From: an uncultured Halieaceae bacterium
GTDB taxonomy: Bacteria; Pseudomonadota; Gammaproteobacteria; Pseudomonadales; Halieaceae
Assembly (NCBI GenBank): GCA_913051825.1
Contig: CAJXCR010000002.1
Span: forward strand, 2,144 to 66,143
Length of the DNA stretch: 64,000 nt
Direction of reading: 5' to 3'
The position numbers and the translations under genes are program-made. Below the pieces are notes generated by a model. That model was not told the origin of the DNA and did not search any database. It worked only from the letters and a program-made list of their open reading frames with translations. The first letter of the stretch is position 1. Each line of letters begins with the position of its first letter. Shown in pieces: positions 10,329 to 19,806 of this stretch.

Positions 10329-11012
10329 ATGAATACAAGCATAAAACCGGCCTTAGCTATCTTAGGCGGGACGGGAGATCTTGGAACTGGCCTGGCACGT
10401 CGCTGGGTCCAAGCAGGTTATAAGGTGATTATTGGTTCGCGAAATCTGGAGAAAGCTGAAGCTGCTGCGAAAGATTTGATATCTGTTATGAAGTCAAGAG
10501 GTGTAGACGATTATCAAGTCGAGGCAATGATAAATTTGAAAGCTGCAAATGCTGCAGACATTGCAATTCTTACTGTCCCTTTTGATCATCACGCGGGCAC
10601 GCTTGAATCGGTGAAGAGTGCGCTATCAGGAAAAATACTTATTGATGTTACCGTGCCTTTAGTTCCTCCGAAAGTCGCGAGAGTTCAATTGCCTAAAGAG
10701 GGGAGTGCAGGTGAGATAGCACAGGCCATCTTGGGAGATGAGGTTATGGTAGTGTCGGCCTTTCAAAATGTTGCGGCCCATCATCTTCAGGAAGGGAAGG
10801 GTATTCAATGTGATGTTCTGGTAAGTGGGAATGACAAGAATGCTCGAGAGCAAGTTATACAGTTGGTCGAAGCAGCTGGAATGAAAGGTTATCATGCTGG
10901 ATTAATTTCTAATGCAGCGGCGGCAGAAGCTATGACTTCGGTTTTAATTAATCTCAACCGACAGTTTAAAGGACATGCAGGCATTAAAATCACGGGCACG
11001 GGTAATGATTAA
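10329..11012 (+). CDS. npdG: NADPH-dependent F420 reductase (F420H2:NADP+ oxidoreductase, Fno/NpdG)
   Basis: 227 aa. N-terminal ILGGTGDLGTGLARRWVQAGYKVIIGSRNLEKAEAAA is the characteristic NpdG dinucleotide fold. First gene of the F420 operon. Confidence 0.8.
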   Translation: MNTSIKPALAILGGTGDLGTGLARRWVQAGYKVIIGSRNLEKAEAAAKDLISVMKSRGVDDYQVEAMINLKAANAADIAILTVPFDHHAGTLESVKSALSGKILIDVTVPLVPPKVARVQLPKEGSAGEIAQAILGDEVMVVSAFQNVAAHHLQEGKGIQCDVLVSGNDKNAREQVIQLVEAAGMKGYHAGLISNAAAAEAMTSVLINLNRQFKGHAGIKITGTGND

Positions 11013-11779
11013 TGACCTCTTCGGTCACTTTTAACGCCCTAGTGGATTTTCCGCTTGTTAACGAAGGGGATGACTTGGCGCATCTTATAAAACAATCCCT
11101 CGATAACAATCAGATCAGCCTGCAAAATGGAGATGCTTTGGTCATAGCACAAAAGATAGTGTCCAAGGCTGAAGGTCGACTTGTCTTTTTGAATGATGTT
11201 GTGGTGTCTGAAAGAGCAAAAGAATTTGCAGCGGTAACTGGAAAAGATCCAAGATTAACTGAGCTAATCCTCGGGGAAGCAAAAAGTGTGATTCGAGCAC
11301 GGCAGGGGATAATGATCGTTGAGCACAAAAACGGATATGTGATGGCTAACGCTGGTATAGATAAATCAAATATATTGTTTGATGAATCCAATCAGTCTGT
11401 TCTGCTACTGCCTGAAGATGCTAATAAATCTGCTGAATTGTTGCGAGAGAAATTAGCAAAATCTTGTGGTGTATCTCTGGCTATAATAATAAATGACAGT
11501 GTTGGTCGTGCTTGGAGAAATGGTACCGTAGGATTGGCGCTAGGAACATGTGGTTTTCAGCCTCTATGGGATCAAGTCGGAGAAAAAGATTTGTTTGGAA
11601 ACGTGTTGGAAACTACTTTGCCAGCTATTGCAGATGAGCTAGCTGCAGGGGCTTCATTTGTAATGGGGCAGTCAAATCAGGGCCAGCCAGTAATTCATAT
11701 TACCGGATGTAATTTAACCGAATCAGATTCAGACGGGACATCATTGCTACGTCCTGAAACGGAAGATTTATTTAGATGA
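11012..11779 (+). CDS. cofE: coenzyme F420-0:L-glutamate ligase (single-domain CofE type)
   Basis: 255 aa. VIAQKIVSKAEGR and ANAGIDKSN motifs. The start shares nucleotide 11012 with the fno stop. No C-terminal nitroreductase-like domain. Confidence 0.85.
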   Translation: MTSSVTFNALVDFPLVNEGDDLAHLIKQSLDNNQISLQNGDALVIAQKIVSKAEGRLVFLNDVVVSERAKEFAAVTGKDPRLTELILGEAKSVIRARQGIMIVEHKNGYVMANAGIDKSNILFDESNQSVLLLPEDANKSAELLREKLAKSCGVSLAIIINDSVGRAWRNGTVGLALGTCGFQPLWDQVGEKDLFGNVLETTLPAIADELAAGASFVMGQSNQGQPVIHITGCNLTESDSDGTSLLRPETEDLFR

Positions 11780-12735
11780 AGGACAGTGCAGGCCGGATAT
11801 TATTAATTACTGGCGGAATTGGTGGAGCTAAGTTAAGTGTTGGTTTTAGTAAAATATATGAAAGCGACTTATTAAGTTTTGTTGTTAATACAGGTGATGA
11901 CTTTGATTATATGGGGCTACGGATTTGTCCTGACATTGATACCCTTTTATATAGTCTATCAGATCAAGCAGATCAGAAACGAGGTTGGGGACTTTTTGAT
12001 GAAACATGGAACTGTCTGGACTCTCTGAAGAGGCTTGGATGCGAGACTTGGTTTAATTTGGGAGACAAGGATCTAGCGACTCATATATATAGGAATTATC
12101 TGATGACGAGGGGGCATAGTCTTTCCGATATTACTTTGGATATAGCTAAGCAGTTTTCGATTAATTCCCTAATAATGCCAATGAGTAATGATCACTTGCA
12201 AACCGTCTTGCATACGGATGAAGGAAGTTTAGATTTTCAGGATTATTTTGTGCGAAGAAGATGCATGCCAGTTGTTAGATCGGTGTCTTTTGCGAATGTT
12301 GAAAGTGCTAGACCTCCACCAGTCTTGCTTGACTATTTTGCTAAAACTCCTCCAGAAGTAATAGTCCTCTGTCCTTCAAATCCATTTCTGAGTATTGATC
12401 CAATTCTTAATGTGCCAGGCTTGGCTCAATTAATTTTGGATTCGCGCGCCTCTGTTTTAGCCGTTTCTCCTATTGTGAACGGTGATAGCCTTAAAGGTCC
12501 GACTGCAAAAATATGTACAGAATTGGGTATGTCAGTTAGTGCGGTCCAGATAGCTAAATACTATCGAGAGAACTATCCTGGTTTGATATCTACTTTTGTT
12601 ATCGATAACTCCGATATTGGATTAACTAATAGGATTCAAGACTTAGGATTAAATGTTTTTGTAACGCATACGATAATGAATTCGGAGCGAGAGAAGGTAG
12701 AACTAGCAGAATCTTTATTGGGTTTTTGTGGGTGA
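11776..12735 (+). CDS. cofD: 2-phospho-L-lactate (LPPG:FO) transferase
   Basis: 319 aa. N-terminal ITGGIGGAKL motif typical of CofD/FbiA. 4-nt overlap with cofE. Confidence 0.85.
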   Translation: MKDSAGRILLITGGIGGAKLSVGFSKIYESDLLSFVVNTGDDFDYMGLRICPDIDTLLYSLSDQADQKRGWGLFDETWNCLDSLKRLGCETWFNLGDKDLATHIYRNYLMTRGHSLSDITLDIAKQFSINSLIMPMSNDHLQTVLHTDEGSLDFQDYFVRRRCMPVVRSVSFANVESARPPPVLLDYFAKTPPEVIVLCPSNPFLSIDPILNVPGLAQLILDSRASVLAVSPIVNGDSLKGPTAKICTELGMSVSAVQIAKYYRENYPGLISTFVIDNSDIGLTNRIQDLGLNVFVTHTIMNSEREKVELAESLLGFCG

Positions 12736-13433
12736 ATACAATACAAAAGCTAGATGTTACCAAATCTCTTCATGCGATAGTGCCGTTAAACAAATTATCA
12801 AAATGTAAGAGCCGATTATCTAGGTATATAAGTACGGACGATCGCCGTCGACTTGTGCTTGCAATGTTTTATGATGTGCTAACAGTTCTTATAGATCACC
12901 CGCATATATCAGAGGTTACCGTTATAGCTGGAGAGCCTTTAAAATTCCCCTCTGAAATAAAAGATTTTGTTCAGCTCATCGAGGAAAAAGCTTTAGATGG
13001 AGTCGGAGGTGGACTAAATTCTATTATCGTTGGAGGAGTAGATTTCGTAAGGAAGCATTGCAAGGACGATTTCTTGATTTTACATGGAGATCTTCCTCTT
13101 CTTAGTAATAATGATATTACATCTACATTGGAGCGATTGTGTGAAGGGTATGACCTAGTATTGGGCGCTGATAGCCAGGAAGAAGGAACAAATCTTTTTG
13201 CCTTTCGTTCAGATCTAAAACCAAGATTTAATTTTGGTCCCTCAAGTTTTAAGGAGCATAGTGAATGGGCGCAGCTATCAGGTCTTAGTGCATCCTACTT
13301 GAAAAGCCCAGGAATAGGTCTTGATATAGATACGTTAAAAGATTTGCGGGAATTATTTGCAGCTGGTAACACAGGACTTATAGGCAAATTTACTGCTAGA
13401 CTTATACCTCAAATCCGGGTCTCGGAATGCTGA
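12726..13433 (+). CDS. cofC: phospho-lactate/enolpyruvate guanylyltransferase (CofC/FbiD)
   Basis: About 233 aa. AIVPLNKLSKCKSRLS N-terminal motif and LHGDLPLL. Start is TTG 12726 or GTG 12732, the latter a GTGA overlap with the cofD stop. Confidence 0.8.
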   Translation: MWVNTIQKLDVTKSLHAIVPLNKLSKCKSRLSRYISTDDRRRLVLAMFYDVLTVLIDHPHISEVTVIAGEPLKFPSEIKDFVQLIEEKALDGVGGGLNSIIVGGVDFVRKHCKDDFLILHGDLPLLSNNDITSTLERLCEGYDLVLGADSQEEGTNLFAFRSDLKPRFNFGPSSFKEHSEWAQLSGLSASYLKSPGIGLDIDTLKDLRELFAAGNTGLIGKFTARLIPQIRVSEC

Positions 13434-13500
13434 ACAGGCGATTAAGAGATAAAATCTAGTAATATGATATGTTTTATGAATAAATTCTCAGGGTATTGCT

Positions 13501-16020
13501 TTGCATAGCTCATTTTCCACGGAAATTCTTGCCGCAATAGAAAACGACCAAGATCTAACATTTACCGAACTGCTAAGTTTAGATGACAGGCTAGATCTAA
13601 AGGAGCTAATGCGAATATCTCGTCATCTGGCAGATATTGGACATGGCGATACAGTAACTTATTCACCTAAAGTGTTTATACCTCTTACGCGTCTATGCAG
13701 AGATGTTTGCCATTACTGCACTTTTGCGACGGTTCCTAGGCAGGTTGAATCTCCCTATATGCAGATCGAAGAAATACTCGAGCTCTGTCGCAAGGGTGTA
13801 GAGGCAGGATGTAGAGAAGCCCTTTTTACCTTGGGAGAACGACCAGAAGCTCGCTATTCAGCAGCAAGAGATGCTCTTCAAAAAATGGGATTCTCCTCAA
13901 CTCTAGATTATGTCAGTTTTGTAGCGGGTCGAGTGCTAGAGGAAACAGGTCTCTTGCCACATATAAATGCCGGCTGCATGGATTCTAATGAGATTGCTCA
14001 ATTAAGATCGGTTAGTGCATCAATGGGTATTATGCTTGAATCTAGTTCTGAGCGCTTATGTGAAAAAGGAATGCCTCATTATGGTTCTCCAGACAAGGTC
14101 CCAGAACGACGCTTGCATACTATTGAGTTGGCTGGGATGGCCAAAGTTCCATTTACATCAGGCATTTTGATTGGAATCGGCGAAACTCGCCTAGAGAGAA
14201 TAGAATCTCTTTTAGAGCTTAGATCAAAGCATCGAAAATGGAATCATATACAAGAAATTATCATCCAGAATTTTAGAGCAAAGCCAAATACTCTCATGGA
14301 AAAAAGTTCCGAACCAGATCTTGATGAGCTACTTTGGACAATTTCAGTCTGCCGTTTGATTTTTGGACCCAAGATGAATATTCAAGTTCCTCCGAACTTG
14401 AATCCTGGTGTTTTATCTCAATTAATCTCATCTGGAATAAATGATTGGGGCGGCATTTCGCCATTGACACCGGATCATGTAAACCCAGAAGCCCCATGGC
14501 CGCACTTAGAACGGTTGAGACGAGAGACCGAACAGTCTGGAAAATTTCTTCAAGAAAGGCTGACGGTATATCCAGAATTTGCCAGTCGTTTGGAGCACTG
14601 GGTGGATTCAGGGATTAAACATCATGTGCTGTCACATTGTGACTCGCAGTGGTTAGGTCGTGATAATAACTGGGTTGCAGGACAACCGTCTAGCACTCAA
14701 ACAAAGTCGCGTGAAAGCATTGTCGGGGCTCGACGAACGATTTCAAAGGCATCGAGATCTATTATTAAAGCTGTAGAGCGATGTGAAGCTGGATTGAGAC
14801 CGTCATTTAAACAATTGCAAACTTTATTTGATGCTCGTGGAGAAGCCTTTGACTATGTTCTGAATTCTGCCGACCGTATGCGTCAACAAAGTGTTGGAGA
14901 CAAAGTGACTTATGTGATTAATAGAAATATTAATTACACGAATGTATGCACCTACAAGTGCCGCTTTTGTGCCTTTTCTAAACAAACAAAAAAAGTTCAT
15001 TCCAACGAAAGATCATATGATATTTCAGGAGAGGAGCTTGCTCGCCGGACTAGAGAAGCTTGGCAGAGGGGTGCTACAGAAGTTTGTCTCCAGGGTGGTA
15101 TTCATCCCAATTATACTGGACAGACTTATATTGATATTGTTTCAACGGTTCGTGAGGCTTGTCCGCAAATTCATATTCACGCATTTTCTCCGCTTGAAAT
15201 TATGCATGGAGCCAAATCACTAAACGTTGAAATAGCAGAGTTTTTAACAATGCTCAAGGATGTTGGTCTCAATACCTTGCCCGGTACCGCCGCTGAGATT
15301 TTGCATGACGAGGTTCGCAAAATTTTGTGTCCCGATAAATTAACAAGTTCTGAGTGGCTTGATGTAATGAATACTGCTCATCGAGTGGGTTTTAGAACGA
15401 CAGCGACCATTATGTTTGGTCATGTTGATTCGTCTGAGCATTGGGCAGAACATATACTAGCTGTGCGTGATCTTCAAGCTGATACAGGCGGTTTTACTGA
15501 ATTTGTTCCGTTGCCGTTTGTGCCTACTGAAGCACCAGCATTTTATAGAGGCCTAGTTAGAAAAGGTCCTACCTGGAGAGAAGCTATATTAATGCATGCT
15601 GTGTCGCGATTGGCTTTCATGGGTTTGATTGAAAATATTCAGGTGTCTTGGGTCAAGATGGGTAGAGAAGGAGCTGTAGAATGTTTGAAAGCCGGTGCCA
15701 ATGATCTTGGTGGTAGCTTAATGAACGAGAGCATTACCAGAGCTGCTGGATCGAAACATGGTCAGGAATGGTCTCCTGTCGAGATGGATTGGACGATTCG
15801 TAATCTTGGTAGGATTCCTTGCAACAGAACAACTCTTTATCAGGAAGCCAGTTTAGAGAGAACCCATTCAGCTAGAAACGCTATAGATTTATTGCCAGTG
15901 GAGAATTTGCCGGCTGCAAAAAAAGCTGTAGACAAAAAGTTGGCTGTAAATCCTCGCGCAAATGATATGTCTTTTAAAAATATTTCGGACCAAGTGTTTC
16001 TGATGGCGGCTAGCAATTAA
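13501..16020 (+). CDS. fbiC: FO synthase (7,8-didemethyl-8-hydroxy-5-deazariboflavin synthase), fused CofG+CofH
   Basis: 839 aa. Two radical-SAM clusters: CRDVCHYC (C66/C70/C73, nt 13696-13719) and CTYKCRFC (C483/C487/C490, nt 14947-14970). Bipartite architecture typical of FbiC. Confidence 0.9.
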   Translation: MHSSFSTEILAAIENDQDLTFTELLSLDDRLDLKELMRISRHLADIGHGDTVTYSPKVFIPLTRLCRDVCHYCTFATVPRQVESPYMQIEEILELCRKGVEAGCREALFTLGERPEARYSAARDALQKMGFSSTLDYVSFVAGRVLEETGLLPHINAGCMDSNEIAQLRSVSASMGIMLESSSERLCEKGMPHYGSPDKVPERRLHTIELAGMAKVPFTSGILIGIGETRLERIESLLELRSKHRKWNHIQEIIIQNFRAKPNTLMEKSSEPDLDELLWTISVCRLIFGPKMNIQVPPNLNPGVLSQLISSGINDWGGISPLTPDHVNPEAPWPHLERLRRETEQSGKFLQERLTVYPEFASRLEHWVDSGIKHHVLSHCDSQWLGRDNNWVAGQPSSTQTKSRESIVGARRTISKASRSIIKAVERCEAGLRPSFKQLQTLFDARGEAFDYVLNSADRMRQQSVGDKVTYVINRNINYTNVCTYKCRFCAFSKQTKKVHSNERSYDISGEELARRTREAWQRGATEVCLQGGIHPNYTGQTYIDIVSTVREACPQIHIHAFSPLEIMHGAKSLNVEIAEFLTMLKDVGLNTLPGTAAEILHDEVRKILCPDKLTSSEWLDVMNTAHRVGFRTTATIMFGHVDSSEHWAEHILAVRDLQADTGGFTEFVPLPFVPTEAPAFYRGLVRKGPTWREAILMHAVSRLAFMGLIENIQVSWVKMGREGAVECLKAGANDLGGSLMNESITRAAGSKHGQEWSPVEMDWTIRNLGRIPCNRTTLYQEASLERTHSARNAIDLLPVENLPAAKKAVDKKLAVNPRANDMSFKNISDQVFLMAASN

Positions 16021-16029
16021 TCCATTGAG

Positions 16030-16722
16030 TTGGTGTTCGTGGGCAGATCAAAAAAAATCAGCATAGAAACGAGTTGGTTAAAACATCTTCGGAATGAGTT
16101 TGACGATGGATATATGATCCAGTTGTCAGAGTTTTTGCGAGAGCAAAAACTTTCCGGAAAAATTATATTTCCACCGGGCAATCAAATCTTTTCTGCCTTC
16201 GATGAAACGCCAATTAACAAAGTTAAGGTCGTTATACTCGGGCAAGATCCTTACCATGGTCCGGGGCAAGCGCACGGGCTGAGTTTTTCTGTACCCCGGG
16301 CAGCGATTATTCCGCCATCGCTAAAGAATATATTTATTGAACTTCAAGATGACTTGGGGTGCAGTTTGCCCGAGCATGGATGTTTAGCGAATTGGGCAGC
16401 TCAGGGTGTTTTGTTGCTCAATAGCGTTTTGACGGTAGAACAAGGCTCTCCTGGCTCTCACGCGGGTATCGGTTGGGAAAGATTTACTGATAAGGTAATA
16501 TCAATAATCAATATCGAGTTAGACAACGTGGTCTTTATACTCTGGGGTCGATATGCTAAGGAGAAAGGAAAGTTATTAGATGATAAAAAACATCTTGTTT
16601 TGACGTCAGTTCATCCTTCTCCATTTAGTGCTCGCAATGGTTTTTTTGGATGTCGTCATTTCAGTAAGGCGAATAATTATCTTGCGGAAAATGATAAAGA
16701 AGAAATAAATTGGAACTTATAG
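16030..16722 (+). CDS. ung: uracil-DNA glycosylase (family 1)
   Basis: VVILGQDPYHGPGQAHGLSFSV catalytic motif and HPSPFSA. Begins 9 nt after the fbiC stop. Exact start uncertain (TTG 16030, GTG 16033 or GTG 16039). Confidence 0.92.
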   Translation: MVFVGRSKKISIETSWLKHLRNEFDDGYMIQLSEFLREQKLSGKIIFPPGNQIFSAFDETPINKVKVVILGQDPYHGPGQAHGLSFSVPRAAIIPPSLKNIFIELQDDLGCSLPEHGCLANWAAQGVLLLNSVLTVEQGSPGSHAGIGWERFTDKVISIINIELDNVVFILWGRYAKEKGKLLDDKKHLVLTSVHPSPFSARNGFFGCRHFSKANNYLAENDKEEINWNL

Positions 16723-16737
16723 CTTAATGCAGGTTAT

Positions 16738-17670
16738 TTAAAAAACAACCTCATAGGGTAATCGTTCCAAAGTAAGCTTAGGGCCAGTTGGGTTAGAAGC
16801 GCGCAATTCGGCATTTAGGGCTTTTTCGGATATTGAAATCAAGCTAGTAATAGCTTGTGAGGTACTAGCAACATTGATTATGACTCCCGCAATGTTGTCA
16901 GTATCTGCGAAATAAACGTTTGATCCAGGCACAATCAGTACCCCTCTCTCCTCGCTGGTTGCAAAAAAGCAACGCCGCTTAGGTGTGCCTCGATACTTAA
17001 GGCGAGCGATTATTTCCTGGCCTGTATAACATCCTTTCTCAAAGCTAATGAATCCATTCAGATCATAATTCAGCACCTGAGGGACATGCTCTTCAGAAGA
17101 GGTTAGATCTAATCTGCTGGTGCCAAGCTTTATAATTTCTTGCTCCCAACCTATTTCATCACTTTCATGACAGGTCTCTAGAAAATCTTTTAAAAGTTCA
17201 CTGCTAGTCTTGCTACTAAAGATGCACTCAAAGTGTTCTCCTTGCTCATCTATCTGAATAACATGAAAGTCTCTCGTGTGTATCTTTACTCCTTTACCAT
17301 TTATATCTTTCTTCATTAATCTTTGGATGACATCTTTTGCATCCTTTCCCCAGCATCCAGCAACTTGCCAATCCGTTGACTCTTCAATGAATTTAACCTG
17401 AGAAAAAGCAGCATATTTTTTAAGATTTAATCTAGTAACTTCTTCAATTTCTTTTTTAAGTCTTAAGGCCACTCGAGAGTTTTCGAGATCTAATAAAAGG
17501 AAATCACTCAATACGCGACCCTTTGGAGTACAAAAGAGTCCCTGAAGGCTTAAATTTTGGGAAAGTAAACGGATATCACATGTGCTCTGTCCTTGGAGAA
17601 ATGAATGAGTATCGTCACCCTCCAAAAATATCAATGCTTCATTTTTTAGTAGTGTAAATGATGTGTCCAA
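16738..17670 (-). CDS. ygfZ: folate-binding tRNA-modification / Fe-S repair protein YgfZ
   Basis: 310 aa with the signature KGCYTGQEIIARLKYRG. Adjacent to sdhE as in enterics. Confidence 0.85.
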   Translation of the reverse strand: MDTSFTLLKNEALIFLEGDDTHSFLQGQSTCDIRLLSQNLSLQGLFCTPKGRVLSDFLLLDLENSRVALRLKKEIEEVTRLNLKKYAAFSQVKFIEESTDWQVAGCWGKDAKDVIQRLMKKDINGKGVKIHTRDFHVIQIDEQGEHFECIFSSKTSSELLKDFLETCHESDEIGWEQEIIKLGTSRLDLTSSEEHVPQVLNYDLNGFISFEKGCYTGQEIIARLKYRGTPKRRCFFATSEERGVLIVPGSNVYFADTDNIAGVIINVASTSQAITSLISISEKALNAELRASNPTGPKLTLERLPYEVVF

Positions 17671-17785
17671 AGCTTTTTCAATTGATCAATAGTGTTGTCT
17701 GAGACCCGCGAGACTGAATAATTATATAACTCATGATTCTCAAATTTTCTACAAATTTCAAATCATGTATCTGTATGATAACACT

Positions 17786-18049
17786 ATGAAGAAAAACATA
17801 AATATCAATAAGGTACTTTGGGCTGGTAGAAGAGGTCTCTTGGAACTTGACCTGCTACTGGAGCCATTCATTCGCTCTGAATTTAATAAAATGAGTGAAT
17901 TTGAACAATGTCACTTATATGAATTTTTGAAATTGGATGACGATGAGCTTTTCGGTTTTTTTCTTGGATCTAAAGAAGTGCCTCAGCAGTTTCTAGCTAT
18001 TGTTAGTGAGGTGCTTGAATTTCATGCAAAAGAAAAAGAAACATATTAG
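17786..18049 (+). CDS. sdhE: FAD assembly factor SdhE (succinate dehydrogenase flavinylation)
   Basis: WAGRRGLLELDLLLEPF matches the SdhE RGxxE core. ATG 17786 gives 87 aa, similar to the 88-aa E. coli protein. The track start 17765 adds 7 residues. Confidence 0.85.
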   Translation: MKKNININKVLWAGRRGLLELDLLLEPFIRSEFNKMSEFEQCHLYEFLKLDDDELFGFFLGSKEVPQQFLAIVSEVLEFHAKEKETY

Positions 18050-18051
18050 GA

Positions 18052-19623
18052 TTATGGGCATAGTATTGTGTTTTTCGCCTGTTCAACTTGATTAGGGTGA
18101 TCTAAATTGAAGTGTAGGCCTCGACTTTCTTTGCGCTTTATCGCACATCGGATCATTAATTCTGCTACGACAGCAAGATTACGTAGTTCTATAAGATTCT
18201 CTCCAATTTTATAGTTACCGTAGTATTCTGAGATCTCAGTTTTAAGTAATTCGACTCTATGTAACGCTCTATACAAGCGTTTGTCACTCCGCACAATTCC
18301 AACGTAATCCCACATGAATCTTCGAAGTTCTTCCCAATTATGTGAAATGACGACATCTTCATTTGAGTGAGTTACCCGAGTAGCATCCCAAGCAGCAGCT
18401 GGTGTTGGTTTGGATATATCCTTTATTTTCGATGCAATATTATTAGCTGAATGATTTGCATATACAAAGCATTCTAATAAGGAATTGCTAGCCATCCTGT
18501 TTGCGCCATGCAACCCAGTAAAAGATGCTTCGCCAATTGCATATAGATTAGGTATGTCCGTTTGTCCTTCTTTATTTATCATCACACCACCACATGTGTA
18601 GTGTGCCGCAGGCACGACGGGGATGGGCTCGCGACTAATATCAATTCCAAATTCTAGACATTTTTTAAAGATTGTCGGAAAGTGTTTTCGCAAAAATTCC
18701 TCTCCTCTATGTGATATATCTAGAAACACGTATTCTATACCGAGCCGTTTCATTTCATGATCAATGGCTCGTGCCACCACATCTCGTGGTGCTAGTTCTT
18801 TATCGGGGTGAAATTGATGCATAAATGCATTGCCATTGGGCAGTCTTAAAATCCCGCCTTCGCCGCGAATTGCCTCGCTAATTAAAAAAGATTTTGCTTT
18901 TGCATGAAATAAGCAGGTCGGATGGAATTGATTAAATTCAAGATTCGCAACTCGACACCCGGCTCGCCATGCCATAGCGATGCCATCACCACTTGCTCCA
19001 TCTGGATTGCTTGTATAGAGGTATACTTTGCTCGCTCCACCTGTTGCTAAGACCGTACAACGTGCTTGAAATACTTCAACCAGTCCATTGTCTTTATTTA
19101 ATATGTAGGCCCCAGAGCTTATCCCTTCTTCAATTAGAAGATCTACCGCGACTCTGTTTGTGAATATATCGATATTACTAGAGTCTCTTAACTTGTCACC
19201 AAGTACGTTTGAAATAGCTCTTCCGGTTTGATCAGTCGCGTGAACTATTCGTCGATGGCTATGGCCGCCTTCCATCGTAAGATGTAACTCACTTGTTGGT
19301 GTGGGGTTTCTCTTGTCAAAAGGAACACCTAGGTCTAGAAGCCAATTTACCACTTCACTAGCATTTTTTGCGACGTGTCTAACAACGTCAGGATCGCACA
19401 ACTCACCACCTGCGGCTATCGTATCTGCTATGTGTGAAGCAATAGAATCATCAGCATGAAGTGCAGCAGCCATTCCACCTTGTGCCCAGTAAGTGGCTCC
19501 TTCTGATAAGTCAGACTTTGAAACGATAGCAATTTTTAGATTGCGAGGTAGGTGAAGTGCAATACTCATCCCAGCGGCACCACTGCCAAGTACTAAAACA
19601 TCATAGTCATATCGAGTTTTCAA
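18052..19623 (-). CDS. nadB: L-aspartate oxidase
   Basis: 523 aa. DVLVLGSGAAG FAD fold and HYTCGGV. Divergent from rpoE exactly as in E. coli and Pseudomonas. Apparent TTG start. Confidence 0.92.
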   Translation of the reverse strand: MKTRYDYDVLVLGSGAAGMSIALHLPRNLKIAIVSKSDLSEGATYWAQGGMAAALHADDSIASHIADTIAAGGELCDPDVVRHVAKNASEVVNWLLDLGVPFDKRNPTPTSELHLTMEGGHSHRRIVHATDQTGRAISNVLGDKLRDSSNIDIFTNRVAVDLLIEEGISSGAYILNKDNGLVEVFQARCTVLATGGASKVYLYTSNPDGASGDGIAMAWRAGCRVANLEFNQFHPTCLFHAKAKSFLISEAIRGEGGILRLPNGNAFMHQFHPDKELAPRDVVARAIDHEMKRLGIEYVFLDISHRGEEFLRKHFPTIFKKCLEFGIDISREPIPVVPAAHYTCGGVMINKEGQTDIPNLYAIGEASFTGLHGANRMASNSLLECFVYANHSANNIASKIKDISKPTPAAAWDATRVTHSNEDVVISHNWEELRRFMWDYVGIVRSDKRLYRALHRVELLKTEISEYYGNYKIGENLIELRNLAVVAELMIRCAIKRKESRGLHFNLDHPNQVEQAKNTILCP

Positions 19624-19806
19624 TGTGGCGTTTGTCTCTACTGGAATAGACTCGTATTATAGATGAGGTCTGCTGATAGCAGCAATGCAAGCAGCTGTTC
19701 GCATTTTTAAAATTTGCCTTTGCTGCTACAAAAGGTATATTCGCTTGGCTTTTCGCTATAACGCTGTTTTCAGGCTGTTTAAATTGACTTTAGCTTCTAT
19801 TAAATT

